A stretch of 63,348 bases of DNA from Verrucomicrobiota bacterium (lineage in GTDB: Bacteria; Verrucomicrobiota; Verrucomicrobiia; Limisphaerales; UBA9464). A model generated the notes under the pieces. The model worked only from the letters and a program-made list of their open reading frames with translations, searched no databases and was not told where the DNA came from. The stretch is taken from the NCBI GenBank assembly GCA_008933025.1, contig WBXI01000002.1, positions 1-63,348 of the forward strand, written 5' to 3'. Shown here one piece after another: positions 54,774 through 63,348 of the stretch; position 1 is the stretch's first letter; each line of letters begins with the position of its first letter. Position numbers and translations under genes: made by a program.

Positions 54774-55367
54774 ATGAACCCTTTGAAGAAACTCGCCGTC
54801 TCCCTCGCGGCGATCACGTTTGTCGCGGCAGCTTTGCATAGTGTGGCTGCCACGCCCTCCTCGGAAGCAGCCCAGATGGTTGCCAAGTCGAAGGCCGTCG
54901 AAGCGTCTGGCGTGGCCGTCAAGTTGGTGAAATCTGCCGACAAGGATGCAAAGACCGAGACCGCCGTGGCCGTCGTCACCGCAGGTCTCAAAAAGCATCC
55001 TGCCGCCCTTTCGTCCATCCTCTCCGGGGTGCTTAAGGCCGCTCCCGAATCGACCGAAGCCATCGTCAATGCCGCCTTGGACGTGCTGCCGGATGCTTCG
55101 ATCACGATTGTTCGCGTTGCTTCCGAGGCAGTTCCCTCCAAGAGCGACGTTATTTTGGCCGCGGCGACCAAGAAGGTTCCCGCCAAGCGTGCGGTGATTG
55201 AGCGCGAAATGGCGTCCATCCGGACTCGCCGTCTGGTCGCTTCCCCCGCGGCTTCCGGCCCCGTCGGCGCCGCGCTGAGTGGCGGCGTGGTGACCCAGAC
55301 CGGTGTCGGCGGAACGCCCCCCGTTCAGGTGAACGCCTACGGTGGGGCCGATCCCGGCCGGCCCTGA
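54774..55367 (+). CDS. secreted Ala/Val-rich hypothetical protein
   Basis: ATG 54774 with signal peptide MNPLKKLAVSLAAITFVAAALHSVAATP. Helical-repeat-like body. Followed by a canonical intrinsic terminator. Lower GC than average. Confidence 0.6.
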   Translation: MNPLKKLAVSLAAITFVAAALHSVAATPSSEAAQMVAKSKAVEASGVAVKLVKSADKDAKTETAVAVVTAGLKKHPAALSSILSGVLKAAPESTEAIVNAALDVLPDASITIVRVASEAVPSKSDVILAAATKKVPAKRAVIEREMASIRTRRLVASPAASGPVGAALSGGVVTQTGVGGTPPVQVNAYGGADPGRP

Positions 55368-55385
55368 TCGATTCTTTTTCAAGAG

Positions 55386-55422
55386 CGGCCTGTTCTCCCA
55401 AGGAACAGGCCGTTTTCTTTTT
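55386..55422 (+). terminator. rho-independent terminator
   Basis: Perfect 10-bp stem cggcctgttc (55386-55395) / gaacaggccg (55403-55412), 7-nt loop, then ttttcttttt (55413-55422). It lies 19 nt after the stop at 55367. Confidence 0.8.
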
Positions 55423-55442
55423 GCCAACCCACTTCCCGTCCG

Positions 55443-56117
55443 ATGACGCCATCGCTTCCCTGGCACCGCCGGGTCCTCCGCTGGCTGTTCGCGCTTTTGC
55501 TGTTTCCCTTCTGTGTCGGTGCATCCTGGGCCGTCGTGGATTTGATAGCGGCGACGGGATCCGCCCTGCATTTCTGGATGCCGTTTCTCGCGGGTGCCGT
55601 CTGCTGGTTGGTGGTGTTTTTCAGTCTCCCCAAACCCATGTGGGTCTATGTGGTCGGGCACGAGTTGACCCATGCCTTGTGGGCGATGCTCTTCGGGGGG
55701 CGGGTCCGGAAGATCAAGGTCAGCAGCACGGGGGGGCATGTCGTGGTGACCAAATCGAATTCCCTGATCGTTCTCGCACCCTATTTCTTCCCGCTTTACG
55801 CGGTGGTGTGGACCGGCCTTTTCCTCGTGTTGGGATTGTGGCTGGACACACGTCGCATCCTGCCGGGATTTCATCTGGGCTTGGGCGCCGCCTACTCCTT
55901 CCACCTTTCGCTGACGATCCATGTTCTTCGCACCGGGCAGCCCGATTTGCGCGGGGAAGGTTGGCTCTTCTCCGTGATGCTCATTTGGTTCGCCCATGCC
56001 ATGGTTTTGTTGGTGGCGCTTCCCGCGTTGACGCATCGCATCGGGGTGCCGACGGCGTTGGGATGGGCCCTCGATCGCACGGTGCGGGTGCTCGGCGAGG
56101 GCATGCGTTGGCGGTGA
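55443..56117 (+). CDS. polytopic membrane protein with HExxH (M50/DUF3267-like putative zinc metalloprotease)
   Basis: ATG 55443. About 6 TM helices, with VVGHELTHALWA (HExxH) next to a membrane segment. Confidence 0.65.
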   Translation: MTPSLPWHRRVLRWLFALLLFPFCVGASWAVVDLIAATGSALHFWMPFLAGAVCWLVVFFSLPKPMWVYVVGHELTHALWAMLFGGRVRKIKVSSTGGHVVVTKSNSLIVLAPYFFPLYAVVWTGLFLVLGLWLDTRRILPGFHLGLGAAYSFHLSLTIHVLRTGQPDLRGEGWLFSVMLIWFAHAMVLLVALPALTHRIGVPTALGWALDRTVRVLGEGMRWR

Positions 56118-56208
56118 AGTTTGCCGAAAGCGAACCCCGACTGCGAATTCGGGTTGAATATTCCCCCTCGTTCCTCCGAAATCCGCTCACTCTGTTCCGT
56201 CCGCCCGT

Positions 56209-56676
56209 ATGAACCTCGGTGACATCCTTTCGCCTCCCCAGATCAAAGCCGACCTGCGGGCGACGAATCGTTGGGAGGCCATCGACGAGCTCATCGATTC
56301 GCTCATCGTGGCCGGCCGTCTCTTGCCCGCTCACCGGGAACCCGTCACCGCCGCGGTCAAGCGGCGCGAAACGTCGATGAGCACCGGGATAGGGTTCGGG
56401 ATCGGGATCCCGCATGCCTCGACCGATCTCGTCACCGAAGTTACCGCGGCATTTGGCCGTTCGCGGGCCGGGATCGATTTCGACGCCCTCGACAGCCAGG
56501 CCGTGCATTTGGTCACTCTCTTGCTGGTTCCGCAGGGCCAGTTCCAAAAACACCTTCATACGCTCGCGGCCATCGCGAAGGTCCTGAGGCGGGACGATTT
56601 TCTCAAGGCGCTCGACGCAGCCCAGGACTCCGAGTCGATCCTCCGGGTCATCCGCGAGTATTCCGGACAGCGCTAG
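56209..56676 (+). CDS. ptsN: PTS EIIA(Ntr)-type regulatory protein
   Basis: EIIA type-2 fold pattern with the phosphorylatable His in GFGIGIPHAS, plus the LLLVP block. Confidence 0.75.
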   Translation: MNLGDILSPPQIKADLRATNRWEAIDELIDSLIVAGRLLPAHREPVTAAVKRRETSMSTGIGFGIGIPHASTDLVTEVTAAFGRSRAGIDFDALDSQAVHLVTLLLVPQGQFQKHLHTLAAIAKVLRRDDFLKALDAAQDSESILRVIREYSGQR

Positions 56677-56724
56677 GCTGGCCGGAATCCCGCCCATCCG
56701 ACCGCGCGGCGCAGCGCCCACGCC

Positions 56725-58485
56725 ATGTTCCATACCATTCTCGAACACCGACTCCAGAACGCCGTTGCCACCGTTTTGCCCGGTGCCGAAACCACTTCGG
56801 TCCTCGTGCGGCCGGCGGCCGATCCCAAGTTCGGCGACTACCAAACGAATGCCCTGATGGCACTCGCGCGGGACCGCAAGATCAACCCGCGCCAGTTGGC
56901 CGCCGACGTCGTCGCCCGCCTCGATGTCGCCGACCTCTGCCACCCCGTGGAAATCGCGGGGCCCGGGTTCCTGAACTTCCGCATCCTGCCGGCCGCGTTG
57001 TCGCGGGTCCTCGGCGAGGCCCTTCGCGGAAACCACCTCTTCTTCGAGCCCTCGCCCCATCCGCGCACGGTGGTCGTCGACTTCAGCTCGCCCAACGTTG
57101 CCAAGCCGATGCATGTCGGCCACATCCGCTCGACGATCCTTGGCGATTGCCTCGCGCGGGTCCTGCGGTTGCTCGGGCACCGGGTGATCACCGACAACCA
57201 CATCGGCGACTGGGGCACCCAGTTCGGACTGCTGTTGGTCGGCTGGAAATCCCTCCTGGATCGCGAGGCCCTCGAACGCGACGCCATCGCCGAGCTCGAG
57301 CGCCTGTACCGGGCCGTGAACGCCCGGGCCGACCAGGATCCCTCCGTCCGCGAGGAAGCGCGCGCCGAGTTGGTGCGCCTTCAATCCGGCGATGCCGCGA
57401 ACCTCGCCATCTGGGCCGAGATGATCCGCCTGTCGAAGGTCCATTTCGAGGGCGTCTACACCCGGCTCGGCGTGACCTTCGACCACACCCTCGGCGAAAG
57501 CTTCTACAACCCGTGGCTGCGTCCGGTCGTCGATGCGCTGGTCGACGGGGGCATCGCCCGCGAGAGCGAGGGAGCCATTGCCATTTTCTCCGACCGGTCC
57601 GGGCCCCCGAAAGAAGACCCTTTCCTGATACAGCGGGATGGCGAATGGACCGACAACCCGGCCTTGGTGCTGAAGTCCGACGGCGGGTTCAACTACACGA
57701 CCACGGACCTGGCGACGCTCGACTACCGGATCCGCACGTGGGCGCCATCGGAAATCGTCTACGTCACGGACGGGCGGCAGCAACTGCATTTCCAACAGGT
57801 CTTCGCGGCCTTTCGCCGGTGGAAACCACGGGACGCCGCGAGTGTCCGCCTCGCCCACGTGTGGTTCGGATCCATCCTTGGCGACGACGGCAAGCCGTTC
57901 AAAACGCGTTCGGGCGAGACGGTGAAACTGGGCGCATTGCTGGACGAGGCCGAGGAGCGCGCGTTGGCGGTGGTGCGCGAAAAGCGACCGGATCTGGCCG
58001 AAGCCGCCCAACGGGAAATCGCGCGGGTGGTCGGACTGGGTTCGGTGAAATACCAGGATCTGCTGCCGAACCGCCAAAGCGACTACGTGTTCTCGTGGGA
58101 CAAGATGCTGGCGTTGCAGGGCAACACCGCGCCCTATCTGCAATACCAGTACACCCGTGCGGCCAAGGTGGTGAGGGATGGCGATTTCGAGCCGGCTTCC
58201 GGGATGGGGATATCCCCCGTGGAACCCGCCGAACTCGCGCTCGCGCGGCATCTGGTCAATTTCGGCAACGTGCTGGTCTCGGTCACGGAAGAGTACCGCC
58301 CGAACTACCTCTGCAACTACCTGTACGAGTTGGCCGGTTATTTCTCCGGTTTCTACGAAGCCTGCCCGGTTTTGAAATCGGAAGGCGCCGTCCGCAGCTC
58401 GCGGCTCGGGTTGTGCGAATTGACCGCCCGCGTCCTCGGGCAAGGTCTCTCCTGCCTCGGCATCGAGGTGACCGCGCAGATGTGA
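56725..58485 (+). CDS. argS: arginine--tRNA ligase
   Basis: FGDYQTNALMALA, FSSPNVAKPMHVGHIRSTILGD (HIGH-type), and a C-terminal anticodon-binding end with terminal M. Confidence 0.93.
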   Translation: MFHTILEHRLQNAVATVLPGAETTSVLVRPAADPKFGDYQTNALMALARDRKINPRQLAADVVARLDVADLCHPVEIAGPGFLNFRILPAALSRVLGEALRGNHLFFEPSPHPRTVVVDFSSPNVAKPMHVGHIRSTILGDCLARVLRLLGHRVITDNHIGDWGTQFGLLLVGWKSLLDREALERDAIAELERLYRAVNARADQDPSVREEARAELVRLQSGDAANLAIWAEMIRLSKVHFEGVYTRLGVTFDHTLGESFYNPWLRPVVDALVDGGIARESEGAIAIFSDRSGPPKEDPFLIQRDGEWTDNPALVLKSDGGFNYTTTDLATLDYRIRTWAPSEIVYVTDGRQQLHFQQVFAAFRRWKPRDAASVRLAHVWFGSILGDDGKPFKTRSGETVKLGALLDEAEERALAVVREKRPDLAEAAQREIARVVGLGSVKYQDLLPNRQSDYVFSWDKMLALQGNTAPYLQYQYTRAAKVVRDGDFEPASGMGISPVEPAELALARHLVNFGNVLVSVTEEYRPNYLCNYLYELAGYFSGFYEACPVLKSEGAVRSSRLGLCELTARVLGQGLSCLGIEVTAQM

Positions 58486-58528
58486 CGACGGCCCACCGCC
58501 ACGGCGGCGGGGCCGCGGACCGCATCCG

Positions 58529-59875
58529 CTACCGCCCCGCCGCGTGCGGTGGCGCGACTTGCGACGTCGCGATCAGCTTGCCCGTCGCCGGATCGAATTC
58601 GCGGAGTTGTCCGTCGAATCCCCCCGTGTAAAGCCGCTTGGAATCCGGGGCGAAAGCCAGGCTGAACACCGCGCCTTCCTGCTTCGGCAGCGTGGCCACC
58701 CGCTTGCCATCGCTCGCCTGGTAGATCCGTGCCTCGCCGGTCGGCAATCCCGCCGCCACCCAAACACCGTCCGGGCTGAACGCCACCGACTGCACGGGAC
58801 CCGGCTGGCGCTCGAATTCGCGCACCAGATTCACATCGTTGTTCCCCGCCGTCCGGTCCTGGTTTTCCTTGGCCCGGTAGATCCGCAGGCCGCCCTCGGC
58901 CCCGCCATAAACCACGCTCTCCTCGCGCGGGTGCAACGCCAGACAGGTGACCGGTTCGATCAGCTTGTTGATGTCGTCGATGAACTGTCCGCTCGCGGCA
59001 TCGATGAGCTTCACCGCGCGGTCGCGACTGCCGCTCACCAACCGTCCCCCGCCCGGCAACCATGCCGTCTGGAGCGTCCAGTCGCTGTGGTTGTCGAACT
59101 TCACCAACTCTTTGCCGCCCGGATAACCCAGCACCCGCACCGACTTGTCCGCGCCACCCACGCCCAACCGGTCCCCGGACGGCGACCACGAGATGCCGTA
59201 GAGGGAGTCGGATCCGATCTTCCAAGCGGCGCTCTCGTTGCCGGTCGCGACGTCCCATACCTGCACCTCGCCGAACCGCGCCGGGGCGCCGCCGGCCATG
59301 GCAAGGCGCTTGGAATCGGGCGAAAATGCCAGCGACTCGATGCGCGTCGACTCGCCCATCCAGCGCCCGGCGCGACGCAATCCCGGCAGGCCGAACACCA
59401 GCACCTCATGATAGCCGGAAACCGCCAGCCACTTCCCGTCGGGCGAGATCGCCAGCGCGTTGATCACCGGCGGCGCGTCGTAGACGGGCGGCGCGCTCAA
59501 CCGCGTGCTGTAGGCGTCCGCCGGGGTATCGTCGCGGGCGCCTTCGCGGACCCATCGTTCCAGCAGCGCGACCTCGGTGGCGCTCAATGGGTCGCCTTCC
59601 TTCGGCATGCTCGGTTCCTTGCCGATGACCTCGGCGATCAACGGCGACTTGGCCGGATCGCCCGCCACGAAGCTCGGCCCGTGTTTGCCGGGCTTCAGGA
59701 AGCCCGCGTAGGTCGACGTGTCCACGCCGCCCTTGGTCTTGCTCGGATTGTGACAACCGTTGCAGGAACGCTTGAAGATCGGGGTGACGTCGCGGAACCA
59801 CGACACGGGTTCGGCGGCGCGGGCCAGGGAGGCCAACGCAAGCGACAGGAATACGGCACGGGATGTGGAAATCAT
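58529..59875 (-). CDS. PSCyt1 (planctomycete-type cytochrome c) + WD40 beta-propeller protein, secreted
   Basis: ATG 59875 inside ORF 58529..60631. Signal peptide MISTSRAVFLSLALASLARAA. Haem motif CNGCH in FRDVTPIFKRSCNGCHNP. About 7 WD40-like blades (SPDGKWLAVSG, SPDSKRLAMAG, SPSGDRLGVGG, ...). Confidence 0.85.
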   Translation of the reverse strand: MISTSRAVFLSLALASLARAAEPVSWFRDVTPIFKRSCNGCHNPSKTKGGVDTSTYAGFLKPGKHGPSFVAGDPAKSPLIAEVIGKEPSMPKEGDPLSATEVALLERWVREGARDDTPADAYSTRLSAPPVYDAPPVINALAISPDGKWLAVSGYHEVLVFGLPGLRRAGRWMGESTRIESLAFSPDSKRLAMAGGAPARFGEVQVWDVATGNESAAWKIGSDSLYGISWSPSGDRLGVGGADKSVRVLGYPGGKELVKFDNHSDWTLQTAWLPGGGRLVSGSRDRAVKLIDAASGQFIDDINKLIEPVTCLALHPREESVVYGGAEGGLRIYRAKENQDRTAGNNDVNLVREFERQPGPVQSVAFSPDGVWVAAGLPTGEARIYQASDGKRVATLPKQEGAVFSLAFAPDSKRLYTGGFDGQLREFDPATGKLIATSQVAPPHAAGR

Positions 59876-62259
59876 GGCGAACTCTTGGCGGTGGGAACCG
59901 CGTTGGTGGCGGCCGCAACCTCGGTGGGCGGCGCGAGGATCTGCAGTTTCACCGGCTGGGTCTTCTGGCGCCACAGGCGGTCGCCATGGGTGAACGTCGC
60001 GACGACGACGAGATCGTGCTCCTTGCCGACGGCAGCCTTGTCCGTCGCCAAGAGGCGGATGGAAGCCTCGCGGGCCTTGGCGGTCACGGGTTGCACGGTG
60101 GCGGTCACGCCGTCCGGCACCCCCTCGAGGGCAAGGGCGACTTCCCCTTCGTAACCGCGCCGCTCCACCTTGACCACGAACTCGGTGCTGTTGGCCGCCG
60201 ACGTGGAATTCGTGGGCAATGCCGCCGCCGAAAGCCTCACCGCGTCGGTCCGGAAAAACGGCGAACCCGGCAGCATCGCCGTCGCGAACAGCGGGATTCC
60301 CCGCACGGTGACGTCGACCAACCGCGGCGCCGGTTGCACCAACGTCTGCCCGTCGACACCGGCTTCGGCACGCACCAGCAAGGGACGGGTCCCGGTGGCG
60401 GCGTTGTAGGAGGCATTGAGGACCAATTGGCCCCGCGACTTTCCCGACGGCAGCACCAGGGCCGCGATGCTCACCCCGCCGGGCCCCTCGCCGAGCACCT
60501 TCACCTCGCCGTCGAACCCGGCGCGCCGCGTGATCGCCACGTCCAGCGTTGCCGACGAATTCTGTTCCACCGGGACGGAAGCCTGGGCCACGTCCACCGT
60601 GAACGGTGCGGGCGGCAGCAACGTCAGCCAACCGGCCTCGCTGAGCGCGACATCATGCGGCACCGCACGGCCCCCCTGTTCGCCCGAGGCACCCAACCGC
60701 AAGGGCATGTTCCCCGGCATCGCGTCCTCGGAGGCCCCCAACAGGAGCCATCCACCCTCGCTGCCATTGGCCACCGTCAACGGGACCGCCGAAACCCCGG
60801 GTGGCATCGGACCCACGCCCACCCGCACGATGCCGTCGAAACCGTTCCGCCGCGCGACGTCGCATCGCACCGCCGCCCAACCGCCGCGGTGCAACCGTAT
60901 CCGCCCGGCGTTTGCCCGAACCGAAAAGTCGGGCGCGATGTCCGGTTGCCGGATCACCAGACGGTATCCGAACGGATCGCCGCCCCGATCCGTGAGATCG
61001 CGCAGGCCGATCAGGTAGTCCGTGTCTTTTTTCGCGTCGAATTCGATCCGTGCGTCCGGCCCGACGGCGTCGTCGTTCCGCTGCAGCACCGTTCCCTTGC
61101 CGTCCTCGAGGGTGAGCAAGGCGTCGAGCGGCGATCCAAAACGCCGTGCCTCCACCTCCACCATCCAGCGTTGGTCGGTCGTGCTGCGGAACCGGAAGAA
61201 ATCCGCGTCGCCCGGTTTCCCGATGCGCCCGTTCACCACCACGGGACCCGACAGGGCGTTGGCCTTGTCCGGCACATCGTTCGGTTCGCTTTCAGCCGTT
61301 TCGGGGAGGTCGCCCACCTCGAATCCAACCGGATTGCTGGTGCCCGCCGCCGTGCGCGCCCGCAACTCCTGCCGCCCCAGCGGCGCGTCCGCGGCCAACG
61401 CGACGGCCAATCGATCCGCCCCCGCCAGACGGTGCCCGGAAAGCTGGACGTCGACGGTCGCACCGCGTCGGCCCCCGAAAGGGAACAGCGATTCGACGTA
61501 CGGCACCGCGCCGGCGACCAAGTGGTACCGATAACCGTCGCCGCCTTGGTATCGCAGGTCGAAAAGCCGGATGACGTAGTCGCCCTCCGACTTCGGCACG
61601 AACACCAGGAACGGGTCCAACCCGTGCCCGTCCTCGCTCCGCGCCACCTCGTGCCCCTGCCCGTCCAGCAATACCAGTGTCGCGTCCAGCGGCGATCCCG
61701 TGCGGTTTGCCTGCACGTCGAACACCAGTTCCTCGCCGGCCATCGCGTGGAACCGGAAATGATCGGCCTCTGCCGGCGCCCCGATCTTGCCGGAAATGCC
61801 CGTGGGCAGCGCGATCCGGGGCGCGTCTTCCCAACCTTTGCCCGGCGCGGGTTCGGCAATCTCGGGAACGTCGCCGATCTGGAGCACCACCGGGTTTGAA
61901 ACACCACCCGGCCCGGCAACGCGCAGTTCGTGGGCACCCAGCGTGGCGTCCTTGGCAACCACCCACTGGACGGTCACCGATTTGTCGGGACTGGCGGGCT
62001 GGACGGCGATCCCGCCCGCGGAACTCTCCAGCACGACCGGCGGCAATCCCGCGGGCACGCGGATCGCCTTCACCCCGTTCCCCCCCGCGAGGAAATTGGT
62101 CGCCGCTCCCAAACCGTCGCCCTGCAGGGTGAGGAGGTTGGTGGTACCGCGCTGGAAAAAAGTGGCCGATGGCGAATCCAGCCGCGGCATCGGGGCAAAG
62201 CCCGCTCCCAACGCGACGGGGGCAACCAAGGCCAACAACAAACCCGGACGTGCTTCCAT
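59872..62259 (-). CDS. secreted protein with two PPC (pre-peptidase C-terminal)-like domains and Ig-like repeats
   Basis: ATG 62259. Two homologous segments (ISGKIGAPAEADHFRFHAMAGEELVFDV...GDYVIRL and VNGRIGKPGDADFFRFRSTTDQRWMVEV...TDYLIGL). The stop overlaps the downstream start (ATGA, 59872-59875). Confidence 0.8.
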   Translation of the reverse strand: MEARPGLLLALVAPVALGAGFAPMPRLDSPSATFFQRGTTNLLTLQGDGLGAATNFLAGGNGVKAIRVPAGLPPVVLESSAGGIAVQPASPDKSVTVQWVVAKDATLGAHELRVAGPGGVSNPVVLQIGDVPEIAEPAPGKGWEDAPRIALPTGISGKIGAPAEADHFRFHAMAGEELVFDVQANRTGSPLDATLVLLDGQGHEVARSEDGHGLDPFLVFVPKSEGDYVIRLFDLRYQGGDGYRYHLVAGAVPYVESLFPFGGRRGATVDVQLSGHRLAGADRLAVALAADAPLGRQELRARTAAGTSNPVGFEVGDLPETAESEPNDVPDKANALSGPVVVNGRIGKPGDADFFRFRSTTDQRWMVEVEARRFGSPLDALLTLEDGKGTVLQRNDDAVGPDARIEFDAKKDTDYLIGLRDLTDRGGDPFGYRLVIRQPDIAPDFSVRANAGRIRLHRGGWAAVRCDVARRNGFDGIVRVGVGPMPPGVSAVPLTVANGSEGGWLLLGASEDAMPGNMPLRLGASGEQGGRAVPHDVALSEAGWLTLLPPAPFTVDVAQASVPVEQNSSATLDVAITRRAGFDGEVKVLGEGPGGVSIAALVLPSGKSRGQLVLNASYNAATGTRPLLVRAEAGVDGQTLVQPAPRLVDVTVRGIPLFATAMLPGSPFFRTDAVRLSAAALPTNSTSAANSTEFVVKVERRGYEGEVALALEGVPDGVTATVQPVTAKAREASIRLLATDKAAVGKEHDLVVVATFTHGDRLWRQKTQPVKLQILAPPTEVAAATNAVPTAKSSP

Positions 62260-62275
62260 GATCGTTCGGATTCGT

Positions 62276-63348
62276 TCAGCTGAACAAGCCCAGCACCGGC
62301 TCGGCCTGGACCAATTCGCGCGGTTGGTTGAGATGGTTCATGACGATGGTGTGCGGATCGATCCCGAGCGCGTGGTAGATCGTCGCGACGATCTGGGTGG
62401 GATGCACCGGGGATTCGGCGGGCGAGGATCCCGTGGCATCGGAACGACCATACAACGCGCCGCGAGAAACGCCGGCACCGGCGACGAGCGCCGTGTAGCA
62501 ATAGGGCCAGTGGTCCCGGCCATCGGGCGAATTGGAATTGCCGCTGGTGCTGACGCCGAGGCGCGGGCTCCGTCCGAATTCCCCCAACGCCACCACCAGC
62601 GTCTCCTTCAGCAGGCCCCGCTGGTCGAGGTCCTCCAGCAAGGCGCTCAGTCCGGAGTCGAGCTTCGGGCAATGCAGGTTCCGCAACGGTCCGAAATTCG
62701 CCGCGTGCGTGTCCCACGCGTCGACCGTCGGGTCCCCGTTGGCGACCGCGGGCCAGTTCATTTGCACCACCCGCGTGCCGGCCTCGACCAAGCGCCGCGC
62801 CAACAGGCAACCCTGCCCGAAGGTGTGCCGGCCATAGTGATCGCGGAGTGCCGCCGGCTCCTTCGCAAGGTCGAACGCATCCCGCGCCCGTCCGCTGCTC
62901 ACGAGGTCGAACGCCTTGTGGTAGTAGGAGTCGAGCGCGTACTTCTCCACCGCCTTCTCCATGTCGGGCATCGCGTCGTTCACCCGTTGCAACAACTTGC
63001 TCCGGCGTTCCAACCGTTCCCTCGACACCTCCGGTCGCAGCGTCAGGTCGGCCAGATTGATCTCTTTCGCCGGGTCCTGGTAAAAGTAATAGGGATCGAA
63101 TGCCGCCCCGAGGAAACCGGCGGTCCCGCCCTTGCCGATCACGTTCGATTCCTGCAAGGGCCGCGGCAGCATGACGAACGGCAGCATGGGGACTTCCGGC
63201 GGACGCAACCGGGCGATCTGCGAACCCAGATGCGGGAAATCATTGGGTGCGGGCGGCTCCAACTGCCCCGACGGCGAGACCCGGTCCGGCGTGTAGCCGG
63301 TCATGATCTGGTAGATCGCCGCGGTGTGGTTGAACAAGCCCACCGGCG
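62276..63348 (-). CDS. DUF1501 family protein; N-terminus beyond window edge
   Basis: Paralogous in pattern to 16220..17671 ([33 protein letters not shown]). The reading frame is open to the window end; M at 63343 is probably internal. Confidence 0.85.
   Translation of the reverse strand, partial: PVGLFNHTAAIYQIMTGYTPDRVSPSGQLEPPAPNDFPHLGSQIARLRPPEVPMLPFVMLPRPLQESNVIGKGGTAGFLGAAFDPYYFYQDPAKEINLADLTLRPEVSRERLERRSKLLQRVNDAMPDMEKAVEKYALDSYYHKAFDLVSSGRARDAFDLAKEPAALRDHYGRHTFGQGCLLARRLVEAGTRVVQMNWPAVANGDPTVDAWDTHAANFGPLRNLHCPKLDSGLSALLEDLDQRGLLKETLVVALGEFGRSPRLGVSTSGNSNSPDGRDHWPYCYTALVAGAGVSRGALYGRSDATGSSPAESPVHPTQIVATIYHALGIDPHTIVMNHLNQPRELVQAEPVLGLFS

Noticed and set aside
1-63348. CRISPR arrays, tandem DNA repeats, IS elements, integrases, prophage or toxin-antitoxin pairs
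   Set aside because: Reading through all intergenic regions showed no direct-repeat arrays. None of the credible ORFs has transposase, integrase, phage or TA-like motifs. Absence is by eye only and should be confirmed with repeat-finding software.

Overview
63.3-kb high-GC, densely coding chromosomal segment. I call 51 protein-coding genes, two of them cut by the window edges. I found no rRNA, tRNA, CRISPR array, transposase, integrase or phage gene. Gene content points to the PVC superphylum, most likely Verrucomicrobiota. The markers are PSCyt/DUF1549/DUF1553 plus DUF1501 modules, a prepilin-type [18 protein letters not shown] protein, a PEP-CTERM protein and Tat-exported oxidoreductases. 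Housekeeping genes: cysI-cysH-cysD-cysN (minus strand), rnc, clpP-clpX, a ptsN-like gene, argS, ndk, proC, trmB, prc, comEC, a stand-alone 5'-3' exonuclease and a partial fucD. Envelope/periplasm genes: a HlyD-ABC-ABC2 exporter, an AI-2E transporter, an M13 peptidase, an L,D-transpeptidase, an O-antigen-ligase/TPR protein and several c-type cytochromes (CxxCH motifs in five genes). Many long ORFs in the supplied track are antisense or out-of-frame shadows, or upstream read-through typical of high-GC DNA. The track also uses GTG/TTG as M, so I reassigned true starts by hand. Nothing matches a known defence or mobile system. The best candidates for undescribed biology are: (i) an exported caspase-like protease fused to a non-catalytic FGE/C-type-lectin-fold domain, with a tightly linked helical lipoprotein (48040-50860); (ii) a tightly coupled DUF1501 / PPC-repeat / PSCyt1-WD40 three-gene cassette (58529-63348), a variant of the canonical DUF1553+DUF1501 pair at 13765-17671; (iii) a 510-bp non-coding region ending in a terminator-like hairpin just upstream of ndk (39723-40232), plus two other ~0.5-kb unexplained gaps; (iv) an AAA+ ATPase with an unknown N-domain upstream of a Wzy/TPR gene. 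All functional calls rest on motif recognition by eye, not on database searches.
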